64,000 nt of DNA, taken from the NCBI GenBank assembly GCA_035623825.1, contig DASPSR010000028.1, forward strand, positions 38,778-102,777. The letters run 5' to 3'. The position numbers and the translations under genes are program-made. Every line of letters starts with the position of its first letter. Positions within the stretch are counted from its first letter, which is position 1. The notes below the pieces were generated by a model. The model worked only from the letters and a program-made list of their open reading frames with translations. It did no database searches and was not told where the DNA came from. This DNA comes from Nitrospirota bacterium. GTDB lineage: Bacteria; Nitrospirota; UBA9217. Of this stretch, positions 50,306-61,581 are shown piece after piece.

Positions 50306-52299
50306 TACAGAGCCTCGGCCTTCGCCGTGCTGTGGACCGGCGCTCTGTAGCTCTCCTTCAGATCGCTCTCCGTGATGCCAAAAGTCCTTTCCATCAGCCC
50401 TTCGATCTCGGTGATCAGTGCCATGGCGTCCATGCGATGCTTCTTCATCAGGTATTGCTTGCTGGCGCCATGGGCAAAGGTGTCGCGGAGCCCAATCCTG
50501 GTGAGCCGCTTGTCCATGCCCCGGATCGCCATCTGCTCCGCAACCATGCTCCCGAGCCCGCCCACGACGGTGTGGTTCTCCATGGTGACGACGCCATAGC
50601 GGGAGCGGGCAATCGCATCCAGCACCAATTCGTCGGTGAACGGTTTGAGTGTCGAAATGTGCGTGTGCTGGATTGAGAGACCGCGACGCTGGAGCGCCTG
50701 CACCGCCCGCATGGCCTCTTCGGTCATGATGCCCGACGAGAGGACCGTGACATCGCTTCCTTCCGAGAGCACGCGGGACTTGCCGAGCCGCATCGGTTCC
50801 GCCGGGTTGAACAATCGCGGGATCTCGCCCCGGAGCATTCGAACGTAGACCGGCCCGTTGACCTTTTCGATCGCGTCGAGGACCGATTCCACTTCCGTTG
50901 CGTCGCCGCACTCGACGATGGTCATGTTGGGGAGGGCCCGCATCACCGCCACATCCTCGATGGCCTGGTGCGTCGCTCCGCCGGGCGTGGTGATGCCCGG
51001 CAGGAAACCGATCATCCTGACAGGCATGTTCGAATAGGCAACTGACATGGCGATCTGGTCGAAGGCGCGGCGGTAAATAAAGACAGCGAAGGTGTGAACG
51101 AAGGGGATGAACCCTTCCCGCGCCAGACCCGCGGCGAAGCTCAGCATGTTCTGTTCCGCAATGCCCATGGAGAAAAAGCGGTCAGGATAGGTGTCGCGGA
51201 AGAGGTCGATCTCGGTGGAACTCGTGAGGTCCGCGGAAAGCACAAGCACGTTCGGCTTGCCCGCTGCCCAGCGGACCAGGTTCTTGGCGTGAACTCGGGA
51301 CAATATTTCGGGACCGCCTGAAGGCTCGGCAGGCCGAGATGATCGGTCAAGGGGGATGACTTCACCGCAGAGTTCTTCTAAGGCCATCCGGTAGCGTTCC
51401 TTCTCCTCGGCGCTAGCTAGACGGACATAGTGCATCTTCGGCATCCTGGACTTGAGCACCCTCATGCCCCTGCAGGCGTCCGTGTCAGCGAGCACCACGA
51501 TAGGCCGGCCATCGGGTTTAAGGTTTCCCGCCTTTACCAGCCTGGTGATGTCATGGCCGTTCACCCGGAGCACTCGGCAGCCGAAGGCGGCAAGGCGCTT
51601 GTCTAGAGGCTCGATATTCATGACGTTCTTCATCTTGCCGTCGCACTGGAACCCGTTTACGTCCACATAAACGATGATATTGTCTATCCTGTGGAAGGAC
51701 ATGGCCTGGATCGCCTCCCAGGTCTGGCCGATCTGGAACTCTCCATCGGACATGAACACGAATACCCTGCCGGACTCGCCCTTGCGCATCCGTGCCATGG
51801 CGACTCCGGCCGCCTGGCTGATGCCCTGCCCCAGAGAGCCGGTCATGGTCTCCATGCCGGGCGAATGCTCCGCGCCGATCATCTCGACAACGCTTCCATC
51901 CTTGTTGAACTGGATGAGCCCATCCTCGTCCATGCGACCCGTCTCGATCAGTGTCGCATACAATACGAGGGCGTATTGGGCCGGCGAGAGAAAGAAACGG
52001 TCAAGGCCCTCGTCTTTCGGGCCATTGTACTCCGCGCCCGTGCGGTAGTTCGTATTGTCGGGACCAGGAGCACCGGGAAAGAGCCCGGGAATAAGAGGAG
52101 TCGTGACCTGGCCGATTTTCATGACCTTCACATAGAGGGTCGCCAGGATCTCGGCCGAGGAACAGGCTTGAGAGAGATATCCGCCGTTGTTCCTGATGGT
52201 GTGTTCAAGCACCCTGCGCCGGATGCCCGCGGCAACCCGCTCGACTTCCCGCCGCCACTGCAACGGCAGAGTCCTGTTCTTCTTCAGTTCGCGTTTCAT
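50305..52299 (-). CDS. Fused (full-length) transketolase-like ThDP enzyme with atypical active site
   Basis: TGSLGQG, SDGE..GQTWEA...N, SADL, GIAEQNM, THQA.ED and ENH..GGLG. Confidence 0.88.
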   Translation of the reverse strand: MKRELKKNRTLPLQWRREVERVAAGIRRRVLEHTIRNNGGYLSQACSSAEILATLYVKVMKIGQVTTPLIPGLFPGAPGPDNTNYRTGAEYNGPKDEGLDRFFLSPAQYALVLYATLIETGRMDEDGLIQFNKDGSVVEMIGAEHSPGMETMTGSLGQGISQAAGVAMARMRKGESGRVFVFMSDGEFQIGQTWEAIQAMSFHRIDNIIVYVDVNGFQCDGKMKNVMNIEPLDKRLAAFGCRVLRVNGHDITRLVKAGNLKPDGRPIVVLADTDACRGMRVLKSRMPKMHYVRLASAEEKERYRMALEELCGEVIPLDRSSRPAEPSGGPEILSRVHAKNLVRWAAGKPNVLVLSADLTSSTEIDLFRDTYPDRFFSMGIAEQNMLSFAAGLAREGFIPFVHTFAVFIYRRAFDQIAMSVAYSNMPVRMIGFLPGITTPGGATHQAIEDVAVMRALPNMTIVECGDATEVESVLDAIEKVNGPVYVRMLRGEIPRLFNPAEPMRLGKSRVLSEGSDVTVLSSGIMTEEAMRAVQALQRRGLSIQHTHISTLKPFTDELVLDAIARSRYGVVTMENHTVVGGLGSMVAEQMAIRGMDKRLTRIGLRDTFAHGASKQYLMKKHRMDAMALITEIEGLMERTFGITESDLKESYRAPVHSTAKAEAL

Positions 52300-52392
52300 G
52301 GCACAATCATCCTTCTAAGAGATTTTCGTGCGACAGGGGGCGGGAATGATGCTACGCACGCCCCGGTTTTACGCATGATGAGAATATAATAA

Positions 52393-53743
52393 TTGACATC
52401 CTCACCGGCCTAAAGGCCGATGATTCCAGCATTATCAGCGCATGCTGATACTCTGTAGGTTCCTGCTTCCGACGGCATTACAGCACCGTTCGATCCACAG
52501 GCCAGACGGGTGAGCCCCACCCTTAAGATGTTCTTTGCGGCGTTCACATCGGCATCTTCCGTGTGGCCGCATTTGGTGCAGTAGAACAGGGAACGCGATG
52601 GACGGTTTTCCGGAGAAACGTGAAAGCAATTGGAGCATGTCTGACTGGTATTCTCTGGAGGCACGGCATGCAAAGACCCTCCCCTAAAGCGGAGCTTATA
52701 CTCCAATTGACGGCGAAGCTCGTACCACCCCTGGTCGAGAATCGCCCTGTTCAGGGCGGATTTCCGCTTCACCTGGTTGCCCGGACGGTCTACCGTGCCC
52801 TTCGCGGATTTCGTCATGATCTTGACTGGAAGCTTCTCCACGAACACCAGAGCGTGGTTTTTGCTCATGTCCGAGGAGATATTATGGAGATGGCCATTTC
52901 GTATGTCGGCGATCCGCGCATGAAGACGCTTTATACGGAGTTTCTGCTTCTTCCAGTTGTTGGAACGCTTGACCATTCTGGCTAGACGTCTTTGAAGTTT
53001 CGCAAGGCGTTCCATCATGGTGTTGTATGCAGATACAGGCTCCTTCTTGTCGCCGTTCGATAGGGCGACTATATTCACCTTGCCCATATCGACACCGATG
53101 GCGGAGGATGAAGGAGGAACCGGTTCGGGGACTACGGATTCCGTTTGGACAGAGATGTACCAATAGCCTCCGTGTTCGGAAACCGTGCAGTTCTTTGGTT
53201 TGCCGACGATCTCACGGCTCTTGAAGAACCTGACCCAGCCTATCTTCGGCAGGAATATACGGTTCCCCGATATGACGAAACCTTGAGGGTATCTGAACGA
53301 ACTCGCGCTTTTATGCTTCTTCTTGAACTTTGGGAACCCTTTCGGGTTATCAGGGGAAAACACGGCGTTTATCGCATCGGCAAGGTCTTTCATGCGCTGT
53401 TGCAAAATTTGGGAGTGTGCTTCCTTGAGGAAAGGCAGTTCTTTCTTCCAAGAGGGGAGCAGGGATGTCATGTCCTCATACGATCTGCACCGCTGCCCAT
53501 TGGACAATCGGTCTTTCTGGACCGCCAACGCCTTGTTCCACACGAAGCGAGTGCAGCCGGAGAATTTCCGGAAAGCCGATTCGAGATCAGGATTCGTCTT
53601 AAGCCGGTATCTGTATGCTTTCAGAACCTGCATTCTATTAATGTATAGTGTTTTAACAGAAAATACAACGATTAATTGCTTATAATAATTCGATGCGCCT
53701 TATATCACCGATCTGAAGGACGGTGCTTTACGGCGCAAGTGTG
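52393..53743 (-). mobile_element. IS200/IS605-family element, tnpB-only (IS1341-like), IS608-type ends
   Basis: Left: TTAC|...gtAAAG + hairpin CACCG..TTCA..CGGTG. Right: GAAT + hairpin CATCGGCC-TTTA-GGCCGGTG...TCAA|. Only 110 bp upstream of tnpB, so no room for tnpA. Confidence 0.88.
52410..53633 (-). CDS. tnpB: RNA-guided endonuclease TnpB
   Basis: KAYRYRL..RFVWN HTH, RuvC-I IGVDMG, RuvC-II FVEKL, zinc finger CSNC/CTKC and RuvC-III DADVNAAKNI. Confidence 0.96.
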   Translation of the reverse strand: MQVLKAYRYRLKTNPDLESAFRKFSGCTRFVWNKALAVQKDRLSNGQRCRSYEDMTSLLPSWKKELPFLKEAHSQILQQRMKDLADAINAVFSPDNPKGFPKFKKKHKSASSFRYPQGFVISGNRIFLPKIGWVRFFKSREIVGKPKNCTVSEHGGYWYISVQTESVVPEPVPPSSSAIGVDMGKVNIVALSNGDKKEPVSAYNTMMERLAKLQRRLARMVKRSNNWKKQKLRIKRLHARIADIRNGHLHNISSDMSKNHALVFVEKLPVKIMTKSAKGTVDRPGNQVKRKSALNRAILDQGWYELRRQLEYKLRFRGGSLHAVPPENTSQTCSNCFHVSPENRPSRSLFYCTKCGHTEDADVNAAKNILRVGLTRLACGSNGAVMPSEAGTYRVSACADNAGIIGL

Positions 53744-53900
53744 GTAACGACTGATTGCAAGAGGCATGAACAAGCGTGTCGAGCCAAAATGAACGAAGAG
53801 ATGTATCCGTTCGGTCCTCAAATAATCATCGTCAAGCACCGCATGGTTGGAGTTAGATCAAATTTCGCGCATCTATACCTCCTTCTCTGCGGGATTTAGG

Positions 53901-53941
53901 AAAAATAAAAAAGCCGGGGCCTAAAGCTAAAGCCCCGGCTT
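53901..53941 (-). terminator. Rho-independent terminator
   Basis: Stem AAGCCGGGGC/GCCCCGGCTT followed on the minus strand by a T-run. Confidence 0.8.
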
Positions 53942-53957
53942 GCTGTTTTGTTCAGTG

Positions 53958-54494
53958 CTATGTCCGGATCCGCGCCAGCTTGACCACGACGTCGGATTTC
54001 TTCGCCCCCTTGTCATACAGCGACCAGGTGTGGGTAATGCTGTCCTTGCCGTCAACTGCGATCATGAGCGCGTGCATGTGTGTTTCCGTCAATGTGGCAA
54101 GTCCGGGGTTCTTTTCCGACAGAACGAACATCATCGTGCTGTCGCCCGGATTCCGGAGCTCCATGTGCGGCTGATTCCCGAGGGCGCAGTAGTGGGTCAT
54201 GGCCAACTTGCCACCACTATCATAATAGACCGTAATCATCTCATGGGGTTGTCCAACGGCAAATCGCTCCACGATGGCGTTGCCGGCCGATGTCAGTTCA
54301 TAGGTGACCCTGAGCTTCTCCATTCCCTTGCCCATGTCCGCTGTCCCTTCCCAGACCCCGACCAGATCCTTCATTCTTTCGAAGTCCTTGGAGTGGCTGA
54401 CGGGCGCGCTTGTCTGCTCGCCCGCTAATGCGGTCAAGGGGCCGAACGTCATGCCCAAAAGGAGTATGATGGTTAATGTCGTGCTCTTCTTCAT
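53958..54494 (-). CDS. Exported hypothetical protein
   Basis: SD GAGGAGGT, Sec signal MKKS...ALA, L.G.WEG and THYC..GNQP motifs. Confidence 0.75.
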   Translation of the reverse strand: MKKSTTLTIILLLGMTFGPLTALAGEQTSAPVSHSKDFERMKDLVGVWEGTADMGKGMEKLRVTYELTSAGNAIVERFAVGQPHEMITVYYDSGGKLAMTHYCALGNQPHMELRNPGDSTMMFVLSEKNPGLATLTETHMHALMIAVDGKDSITHTWSLYDKGAKKSDVVVKLARIRT

Positions 54495-54677
54495 ATCGCC
54501 ACCTCCTCTAATTTTCTTCTTTGCCTTCGATTCTAATAAAATATTATCACATGTAGGGCGGGTTTGGCGCCTCTCGCAAGGTTGCTGGCAAGCTCCTATT
54601 GCCAAATGCGGCATTTTCTCATATTTGACGCTATTTTGAGCCTTGGTATAAATTCTGTCCTAGGCTGCAGCGGAATG

Positions 54678-54712
54678 AAAAAAGGCCGGAGGGAATTTCT
54701 CCCCCCGGCCTT
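54678..54712 (-). terminator. groESL terminator
   Basis: Stem AAGGCCGG/CCGGCCTT with a T-run on the minus strand. Confidence 0.8.
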
Positions 54713-54762
54713 CTTGTTCAGTTCCTCGTGAGTTGCTGGTTTCTTCTTCTAAAGTAACCTTT

Positions 54763-56415
<1,653 letters not shown>

Positions 56416-56464
56416 TCAGGAATTCATCCTTGGTAATTATTAAACTTTGAAAATAGGGGCGTCA

Positions 56465-56731
56465 CTAGCTCAAAATACCCAGAACATCTTCTTCCTTCAC
56501 GATCAGAAACTCTTTATTGTCGATATTGATCTTGGAGCCCGAATAGCGGTCAAACAAAATCTTGTCCCCGACCTTGAGCTGCTTGACCTCGTCACCCACC
56601 GCCTCAACCTTGCCGCTCTGCGGCTTCTCTTTCGCACTGTCCGGAATGTACAGCCCTCCGGCTGTTTTTTCCAATTCTTCAGTGTAGCTGACGAATACCC
56701 TGTCCTTCAACGGCTTGAATTTGACGCTCAT
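56465..56731 (-). CDS. groS: Co-chaperonin GroES
   Basis: KPL.DRV, TAGGLYIPDSAKEKP and EEDVLG. Confidence 0.98.
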   Translation of the reverse strand: MSVKFKPLKDRVFVSYTEELEKTAGGLYIPDSAKEKPQSGKVEAVGDEVKQLKVGDKILFDRYSGSKINIDNKEFLIVKEEDVLGILS

Positions 56732-56767
56732 ACGTTCAACTCCTTTCATGAAATATTATATCATAAT

Positions 56768-56794
56768 TTAGCACTCATCTGACGCGAGTGCTAA
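56768..56794. promoter_or_regulatory. CIRCE element (HrcA operator)
   Basis: Perfect TTAGCACTC-N9-GAGTGCTAA upstream of groES. Confidence 0.97.
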
Positions 56795-56924
56795 TATATT
56801 TCTCGTCAGGGAAAAATGCAAACCAGAATAGCAGCCTTTTTAGCCAATTTAATCAAATTCAAGGTAGATTTAACCAGAATTCAACATATATCTGATTTTT
56901 TCACTATATTTTGTCAAAAAAAAT

Positions 56925-56951
56925 AAAAGCAGGGAAATATTCCCTGCTTTT
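56925..56951. terminator. Terminator downstream of the S41 protease gene
   Basis: Inverted repeat AAAAGCAGGGAA/TTCCCTGCTTTT. Confidence 0.8.
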
Positions 56952-56989
56952 ACAGTAACTTATATATTTTTTCTTAGTAGAATGTAAAA

Positions 56990-58351
56990 TTATTTTTCTT
57001 TCTTTACGGCAACCGGGAGGCTCTTGAACACGTCGTCCGCATTGACCGCTTGTTTCAATACCTCCATAGCCTTCTGTATCTGGATGTCGTCCTTTTCATC
57101 CTTCGGCACCATTTCCATGGGGAACTCCTCTTCCACGGCAGGCCCTTCCTTCTGCACCTTCTTGTTTTTCTCTTCCTTCACCGTATCGTTTTTCAGATGA
57201 CGTTCGAGATCCTTCTCACGCACGACAACGTGGACTGAATCGCCGTCTTTTGCCTCTTTTACCGTAGGCAGTTTCACCTCGATATCCGGCGTGATACCCA
57301 CGTTCTGGATGGAGCGCCCGCTCGGTGTATAATACTTGGCTGTGGTAAGCCGTATGCCACCGCCGCCTTCGAGCGGGAACACTGTCTGGACCGACCCCTT
57401 GCCGAACGTTTGCGTTCCTACGATCAATGCGCGTTTTGAATCCTGGAGCGCGCCAGCGACGATCTCCGAGGCGCTCGCGCTGCCGGTGTTCACGAGCACG
57501 ACAACGGGATAACCACGGGACATCCAGGCTCCCGATGTGAGGTAGTCCCGCCGGTCGGAGGCCTGTCTTCCCTGGAGATAAACCACGAGCTTGTCCTTGG
57601 GCAGGAACATGCTGCTCACGTCCACCGAGGCGTCGAGGATGCCGCCGGGGTTGTTCCGCATGTCAAGGACGAGCTTCTTCATGCCCTTGGCCTCCAGCGC
57701 CTTTAGGGCTTTGTCAACTTCCTGTCCGGTTTGTCCCTGGAATTGAATGATCTTTAAATAACCCATCTCGTCGTCCAGCATCTTTGATTTGACGCTCACC
57801 ACCTTGATCAGATCGCGCGTGATCTTGAATTCCCTGGGCTTGTCCCATCCTTCGCGAAGGATCATGAGCCGCACCTGTGTGCCCCTGGGACCTCGCATCT
57901 TGTCCACGGCCTGCTCGATCGTCATGTCCTTGGTCCATTCGTCGTTGATCTTCAGAATCTTGTCACCGGCGGCAAGGCCGGCTCTGAACCCGGGAGTGTC
58001 CTCGATCGGCGCGATGATCGTCAGCTGCTGGTTCTTGACCCCAATTTGAATGCCGACGCCCTGGAACTCGCCCTTGATGTCCATATTCATCTCTTTGAAT
58101 GCCCGCTCGGGCATGTACGACGAATGGGGGTCAAGGTTGGAGATCATCCCGCGAATAGCGCCCTCCATCAGCTCCTTGGAATCGGGGTCTTCGACGTAAT
58201 TGTGCTTGACGAGCTCAAGCGCCTGGGTGAATTCTTTGAGCTCCTCGTAGGTATCAGGCTTTGCCTGGACCATCCCGTGTCCGATCAGCACGCCCGTGAG
58301 CAGCAAAATCAGCGCTGCAATCAGAAACTTCTTCTTGTTAATCTTGATCAT
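56990..58351 (-). CDS. ctpA: S41 carboxyl-terminal processing protease
   Basis: LDPHS, PDZ domain, LDMRNNPGG, SASASEI, TFGKGSVQ and GITPD. Confidence 0.95.
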   Translation of the reverse strand: MIKINKKKFLIAALILLLTGVLIGHGMVQAKPDTYEELKEFTQALELVKHNYVEDPDSKELMEGAIRGMISNLDPHSSYMPERAFKEMNMDIKGEFQGVGIQIGVKNQQLTIIAPIEDTPGFRAGLAAGDKILKINDEWTKDMTIEQAVDKMRGPRGTQVRLMILREGWDKPREFKITRDLIKVVSVKSKMLDDEMGYLKIIQFQGQTGQEVDKALKALEAKGMKKLVLDMRNNPGGILDASVDVSSMFLPKDKLVVYLQGRQASDRRDYLTSGAWMSRGYPVVVLVNTGSASASEIVAGALQDSKRALIVGTQTFGKGSVQTVFPLEGGGGIRLTTAKYYTPSGRSIQNVGITPDIEVKLPTVKEAKDGDSVHVVVREKDLERHLKNDTVKEEKNKKVQKEGPAVEEEFPMEMVPKDEKDDIQIQKAMEVLKQAVNADDVFKSLPVAVKKEK

Positions 58352-58534
58352 GTCACCATCCTCCACATAAGGCTGCATAATTCATCTCCAGATTTGTATG
58401 CCGCGAATAAAATCCCGATAATTAAATCGCAGATTCTAAACATCATTCAAATTCATACCCACAATTTCCAGGCCTTTTGTTCTTGGACCCTCGAGCCTGT
58501 CATTACTCGTGGTGGAACCCGGCCATTCCTCATG

Positions 58535-59716
58535 TTACCGCTTTGCGAGCCAGGCAAGCGGGTCTTGCGCCTCGCCGTTCTGGCGTATCTCGAAGTAAAG
58601 CTTTGATCCTTTCAAGCTTCCAGTATCTCCCGCCAGCCCGACCAGCTGACCCCGTATCACATGGTCACCCTTTTTTAAATCCAGCCTCGAAAGGTTCCCG
58701 TACAGTGTGTAGAAGCCGTTACCGTGCTCGATGATCACGAGTTTTCCGTATCCTTTGTACCAGTCCGCATAAGCTACCTGCCCATCGCTCACCGCACGGA
58801 CCGCCTCTCCCTCGTGCGCCTCGATTTCTATGCCCCTGCGGAATACGGTGATTCCGTACTGCGGGTGCGGCTGCATGCCGAACCGAGTGATCACCGGACC
58901 GTCCAACGGCCAAGGCAGCCGGTTTTTATCGGGGATCCCGGTGCCAGTCGGCCTGCGGGGAGACGGCGCGGCTTTTGCCGTCCTCTGTTCCCGCTCGGCT
59001 TTCTTGATCATTGCCCACAGGTTCACCGACGATTCTTCAAGTTCGCGGAGAGTCTGCTCATAGAGGCCCTTCTCCCCTCTCACGCTGCCAAGAATCTCCG
59101 CTTTCTGGCGCCTGCGGGCCTCAAGTTCCGCTTTCTTGGTCTCAACGACCTGTTTGCGACTGAGGATATCGTCCTTCTTCTGCGTGATCTCTGCCTGCTG
59201 CACAGCCAATTTGTTGAGCGCATTGCCATACTCACTGATCACCGTCCGGTCCCGCTCGGCGATCAGGCCAAGGTACTTGACCCGCTTTACAGCCTCGCCT
59301 AGGCCGTCAGACGCAAGCACCGTCGCAGCATACCCGCTCCGGCTCATCTTATAGAGCGCTCTCACCCGGGATGCATATATTTTTTTCAGATCGCCGAGCT
59401 CATTGCTGATTCCTGCGTTGGCCCTTTCAATGTCTCGGAGCGATGTCTCGGCCTCGCGAAGCCGTTTCTGATGTTCCGCAAGCTCGGCGCTATCCGCCTG
59501 AATGCCCCGGTCTAGTTTCTCGAGATCCGAAAGGATCGATCGCTCTTTCCGGTCCGCCCTCTTGAGCTTCTGCCGTTTGTCTCTCATCTCGCGCTTGATG
59601 CGCTGGAGTTCTTGTTTTTTCCCGGCAGTGTCGTCGGCTCCGTAGGCAGAAGTTCCCAGACCCACGAGTAAAAGCAGCAGAACAAGAACGCCGATTCGGG
59701 AATTGGAATTGCTCAT
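58535..59716 (-). CDS. envC: Murein hydrolase activator EnvC (coiled coil + degenerate M23)
   Basis: Signal peptide, long coiled coil and LytM domain lacking zinc ligands (RRGIEI, LYFEIR). Follows ftsEX. Confidence 0.9.
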   Translation of the reverse strand: MSNSNSRIGVLVLLLLLVGLGTSAYGADDTAGKKQELQRIKREMRDKRQKLKRADRKERSILSDLEKLDRGIQADSAELAEHQKRLREAETSLRDIERANAGISNELGDLKKIYASRVRALYKMSRSGYAATVLASDGLGEAVKRVKYLGLIAERDRTVISEYGNALNKLAVQQAEITQKKDDILSRKQVVETKKAELEARRRQKAEILGSVRGEKGLYEQTLRELEESSVNLWAMIKKAEREQRTAKAAPSPRRPTGTGIPDKNRLPWPLDGPVITRFGMQPHPQYGITVFRRGIEIEAHEGEAVRAVSDGQVAYADWYKGYGKLVIIEHGNGFYTLYGNLSRLDLKKGDHVIRGQLVGLAGDTGSLKGSKLYFEIRQNGEAQDPLAWLAKR

Positions 59717-59805
59717 ACTCCTTCCGGATATCTTGTAATTACGCTTACGAACGCCTTGTCCCACCAAATCTTGCTTCTACTTCCGTCTTTACGCCACGTG
59801 CTATG

Positions 59806-60693
59806 CTACTCCAGGAACTTGCTCACGGAAACCAGCCCCCCGGCCAGTCCGAGCAGGCCGCCTGCGAGTATCGTATATGCTACCACCGAAGGCGGCAAAA
59901 AGTCCAGCCCCTTCGGTCTCGAGAGGAACAGGACAACCTCCCTGGGCAGGGCATAGTACACCCCGGCAAGAATGCCGATTGCGATTGCCGTTCCCAGCAT
60001 GGCCAGCATCATGCCCTCGATCAGGAACGGCCCTTGGATAAAGGCCCTCGTAGCCCCGATCCACTGCATAAGCTCGATCTCCTGACCACGGGAGTAGAGC
60101 GCGAGCCTGACCGAGTTCGATATGATGAACACCACCGACACACCGAGCAGGATAGCGAGCGCCGTGCCGCCGTACGTGATGAGCTTGAACAGGCCGGACA
60201 GCACTTCCGCGCCTTGTTTCCCGTAGGAGACATCTTCAACTCCGGCATAGCCGGAAAACTTCCTCGCCAGTGCTTCAAGCCTGTCCGCATCGGCATACTC
60301 CCGTGCGATGCTCACTTCGTATGAGTCGGGAAGCGGGTTCTCGCCCAGTCCCTGGATCAGCGCTTCCTGTCCTTTCAGCTCTTTCTTGAACAGCGCGAGG
60401 GCGTCGGCCTTTGACAGGTAGTCGACCTTCCTCACGCCCGATTCAGCCTTGAGCCGGGAAAGGAGAAAATCCTTCTCGTGGACGGTCAGGCCGTCTTTTA
60501 AATATACCGAGATCTGGAAGCGGTCGCCCAATGCGTTTACCACCGGCCGGAGGTTCAAGAAAGCGAGGAGGAAAAAACCCACGATGAGCATGGCCATACT
60601 GATGGTGCCGACGGCGAGCAAGTTGACAAGACTGTTGGCGCGCAGACCGCGGAATGCTTCCGCAAAATAGAAGAAGAGCCCGTATCCTTTCAT
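59806..60693 (-). CDS. ftsX: Cell-division permease FtsX
   Basis: ISVYL, ENPLP, IISNSVRL and EIELMQWIGAT..FI..PF..EG. Confidence 0.95.
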   Translation of the reverse strand: MKGYGLFFYFAEAFRGLRANSLVNLLAVGTISMAMLIVGFFLLAFLNLRPVVNALGDRFQISVYLKDGLTVHEKDFLLSRLKAESGVRKVDYLSKADALALFKKELKGQEALIQGLGENPLPDSYEVSIAREYADADRLEALARKFSGYAGVEDVSYGKQGAEVLSGLFKLITYGGTALAILLGVSVVFIISNSVRLALYSRGQEIELMQWIGATRAFIQGPFLIEGMMLAMLGTAIAIGILAGVYYALPREVVLFLSRPKGLDFLPPSVVAYTILAGGLLGLAGGLVSVSKFLE

Positions 60694-60753
60694 GGTAATT
60701 AACCACTCGACATCGCGACGCGCGATAGGCGGCGGGCAATGCCCGTCCCGGTC

Positions 60754-61461
60754 TCATGCCCCATGCCCTGCACTCTGAGCGGCGCCTGCCCGTTTCGCGG
60801 GATGACCGCCTTCGTCGGTTACCCTGCCATGCTCCATAGTGATGATTCTCCGCTGCATTTTCCGCACCGTCTCCCAGTCGTGCGTGGCAACGAGCACAGT
60901 CGTCCCTTTCATGTTGATGTCCTTGAACAGGCGGAATACTTCCTGTCCGCTCTGCGGATCAAGGTTTCCCGTGGGCTCGTCCGCGAGCAAGACCTGGGGT
61001 TCGTTCACAAGAGCACGGGCTACGGCCACCCGCTGCTGCTCGCCGCCAGACAGTTTGGGGGGCGTGAGGTGCAGTTTTGTCTCCATGGAGACCTTCTTGA
61101 GCACCTGATAGGCGCGGCGCTCAATCTCGCCATACGGCGCGCCCACGACCTTGAGCGCGAGCGCTATGTTTTCGAATACGGTCTTGTGCGGGAGGAGCTT
61201 ATAGTCCTGGAACACAAATCCCATATTGCGCCTGAGGTAGGGAACGCTCGACTTGTTGAGCCTGAAGACGTTCATGCCCAGAATGATAATATGTCCTTCG
61301 TCGGCATGTTCTGCGCAAAAGAGGATCTTGAGGAGCGTGGTCTTGCCGGCTCCGCTCGGACCGGTGACAAAAACAAACTCGCCCTTGTCCACGGAAAAGG
61401 TGACGTCGCGCAGGGCGGAGACGCCTTCGTAATATTTGGTCACGCGGTAGAGCTGGATCAT
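60754..61461 (-). CDS. ftsE: Cell-division ATP-binding protein FtsE
   Basis: GPSGAGKTT, PYLRR.MG.VFQDYKLL, LSGGEQQR and ADEPTGNLD. Confidence 0.95.
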   Translation of the reverse strand: MIQLYRVTKYYEGVSALRDVTFSVDKGEFVFVTGPSGAGKTTLLKILFCAEHADEGHIIILGMNVFRLNKSSVPYLRRNMGFVFQDYKLLPHKTVFENIALALKVVGAPYGEIERRAYQVLKKVSMETKLHLTPPKLSGGEQQRVAVARALVNEPQVLLADEPTGNLDPQSGQEVFRLFKDINMKGTTVLVATHDWETVRKMQRRIITMEHGRVTDEGGHPAKRAGAAQSAGHGA

Positions 61462-61581
61462 AGTGTAAGAAACAGGAGCTCCGGTTTCCGATGACGATGC
61501 CTGTTTCGCGGTTCGGCTGTGTCGTTCTTGATGAGCATTCCTGTTAAGATGCGTACGATGCGGGACTCGTTGCCGAAGACG

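Noticed and set aside
49151-50911. 586-aa version of the RLP ORF in the ORF track
   Set aside because: The first ~200 residues overlap the transketolase in another frame and are Arg/Gly-rich noise. The real start is ATG 50305.
53858-53884. Perfect SD (AAGGAGGT) before a 4-codon ORF MREI-TGA on the minus strand
   Set aside because: The read-through product has no recognisable motif and no clear SECIS. It cannot be supported as a gene.
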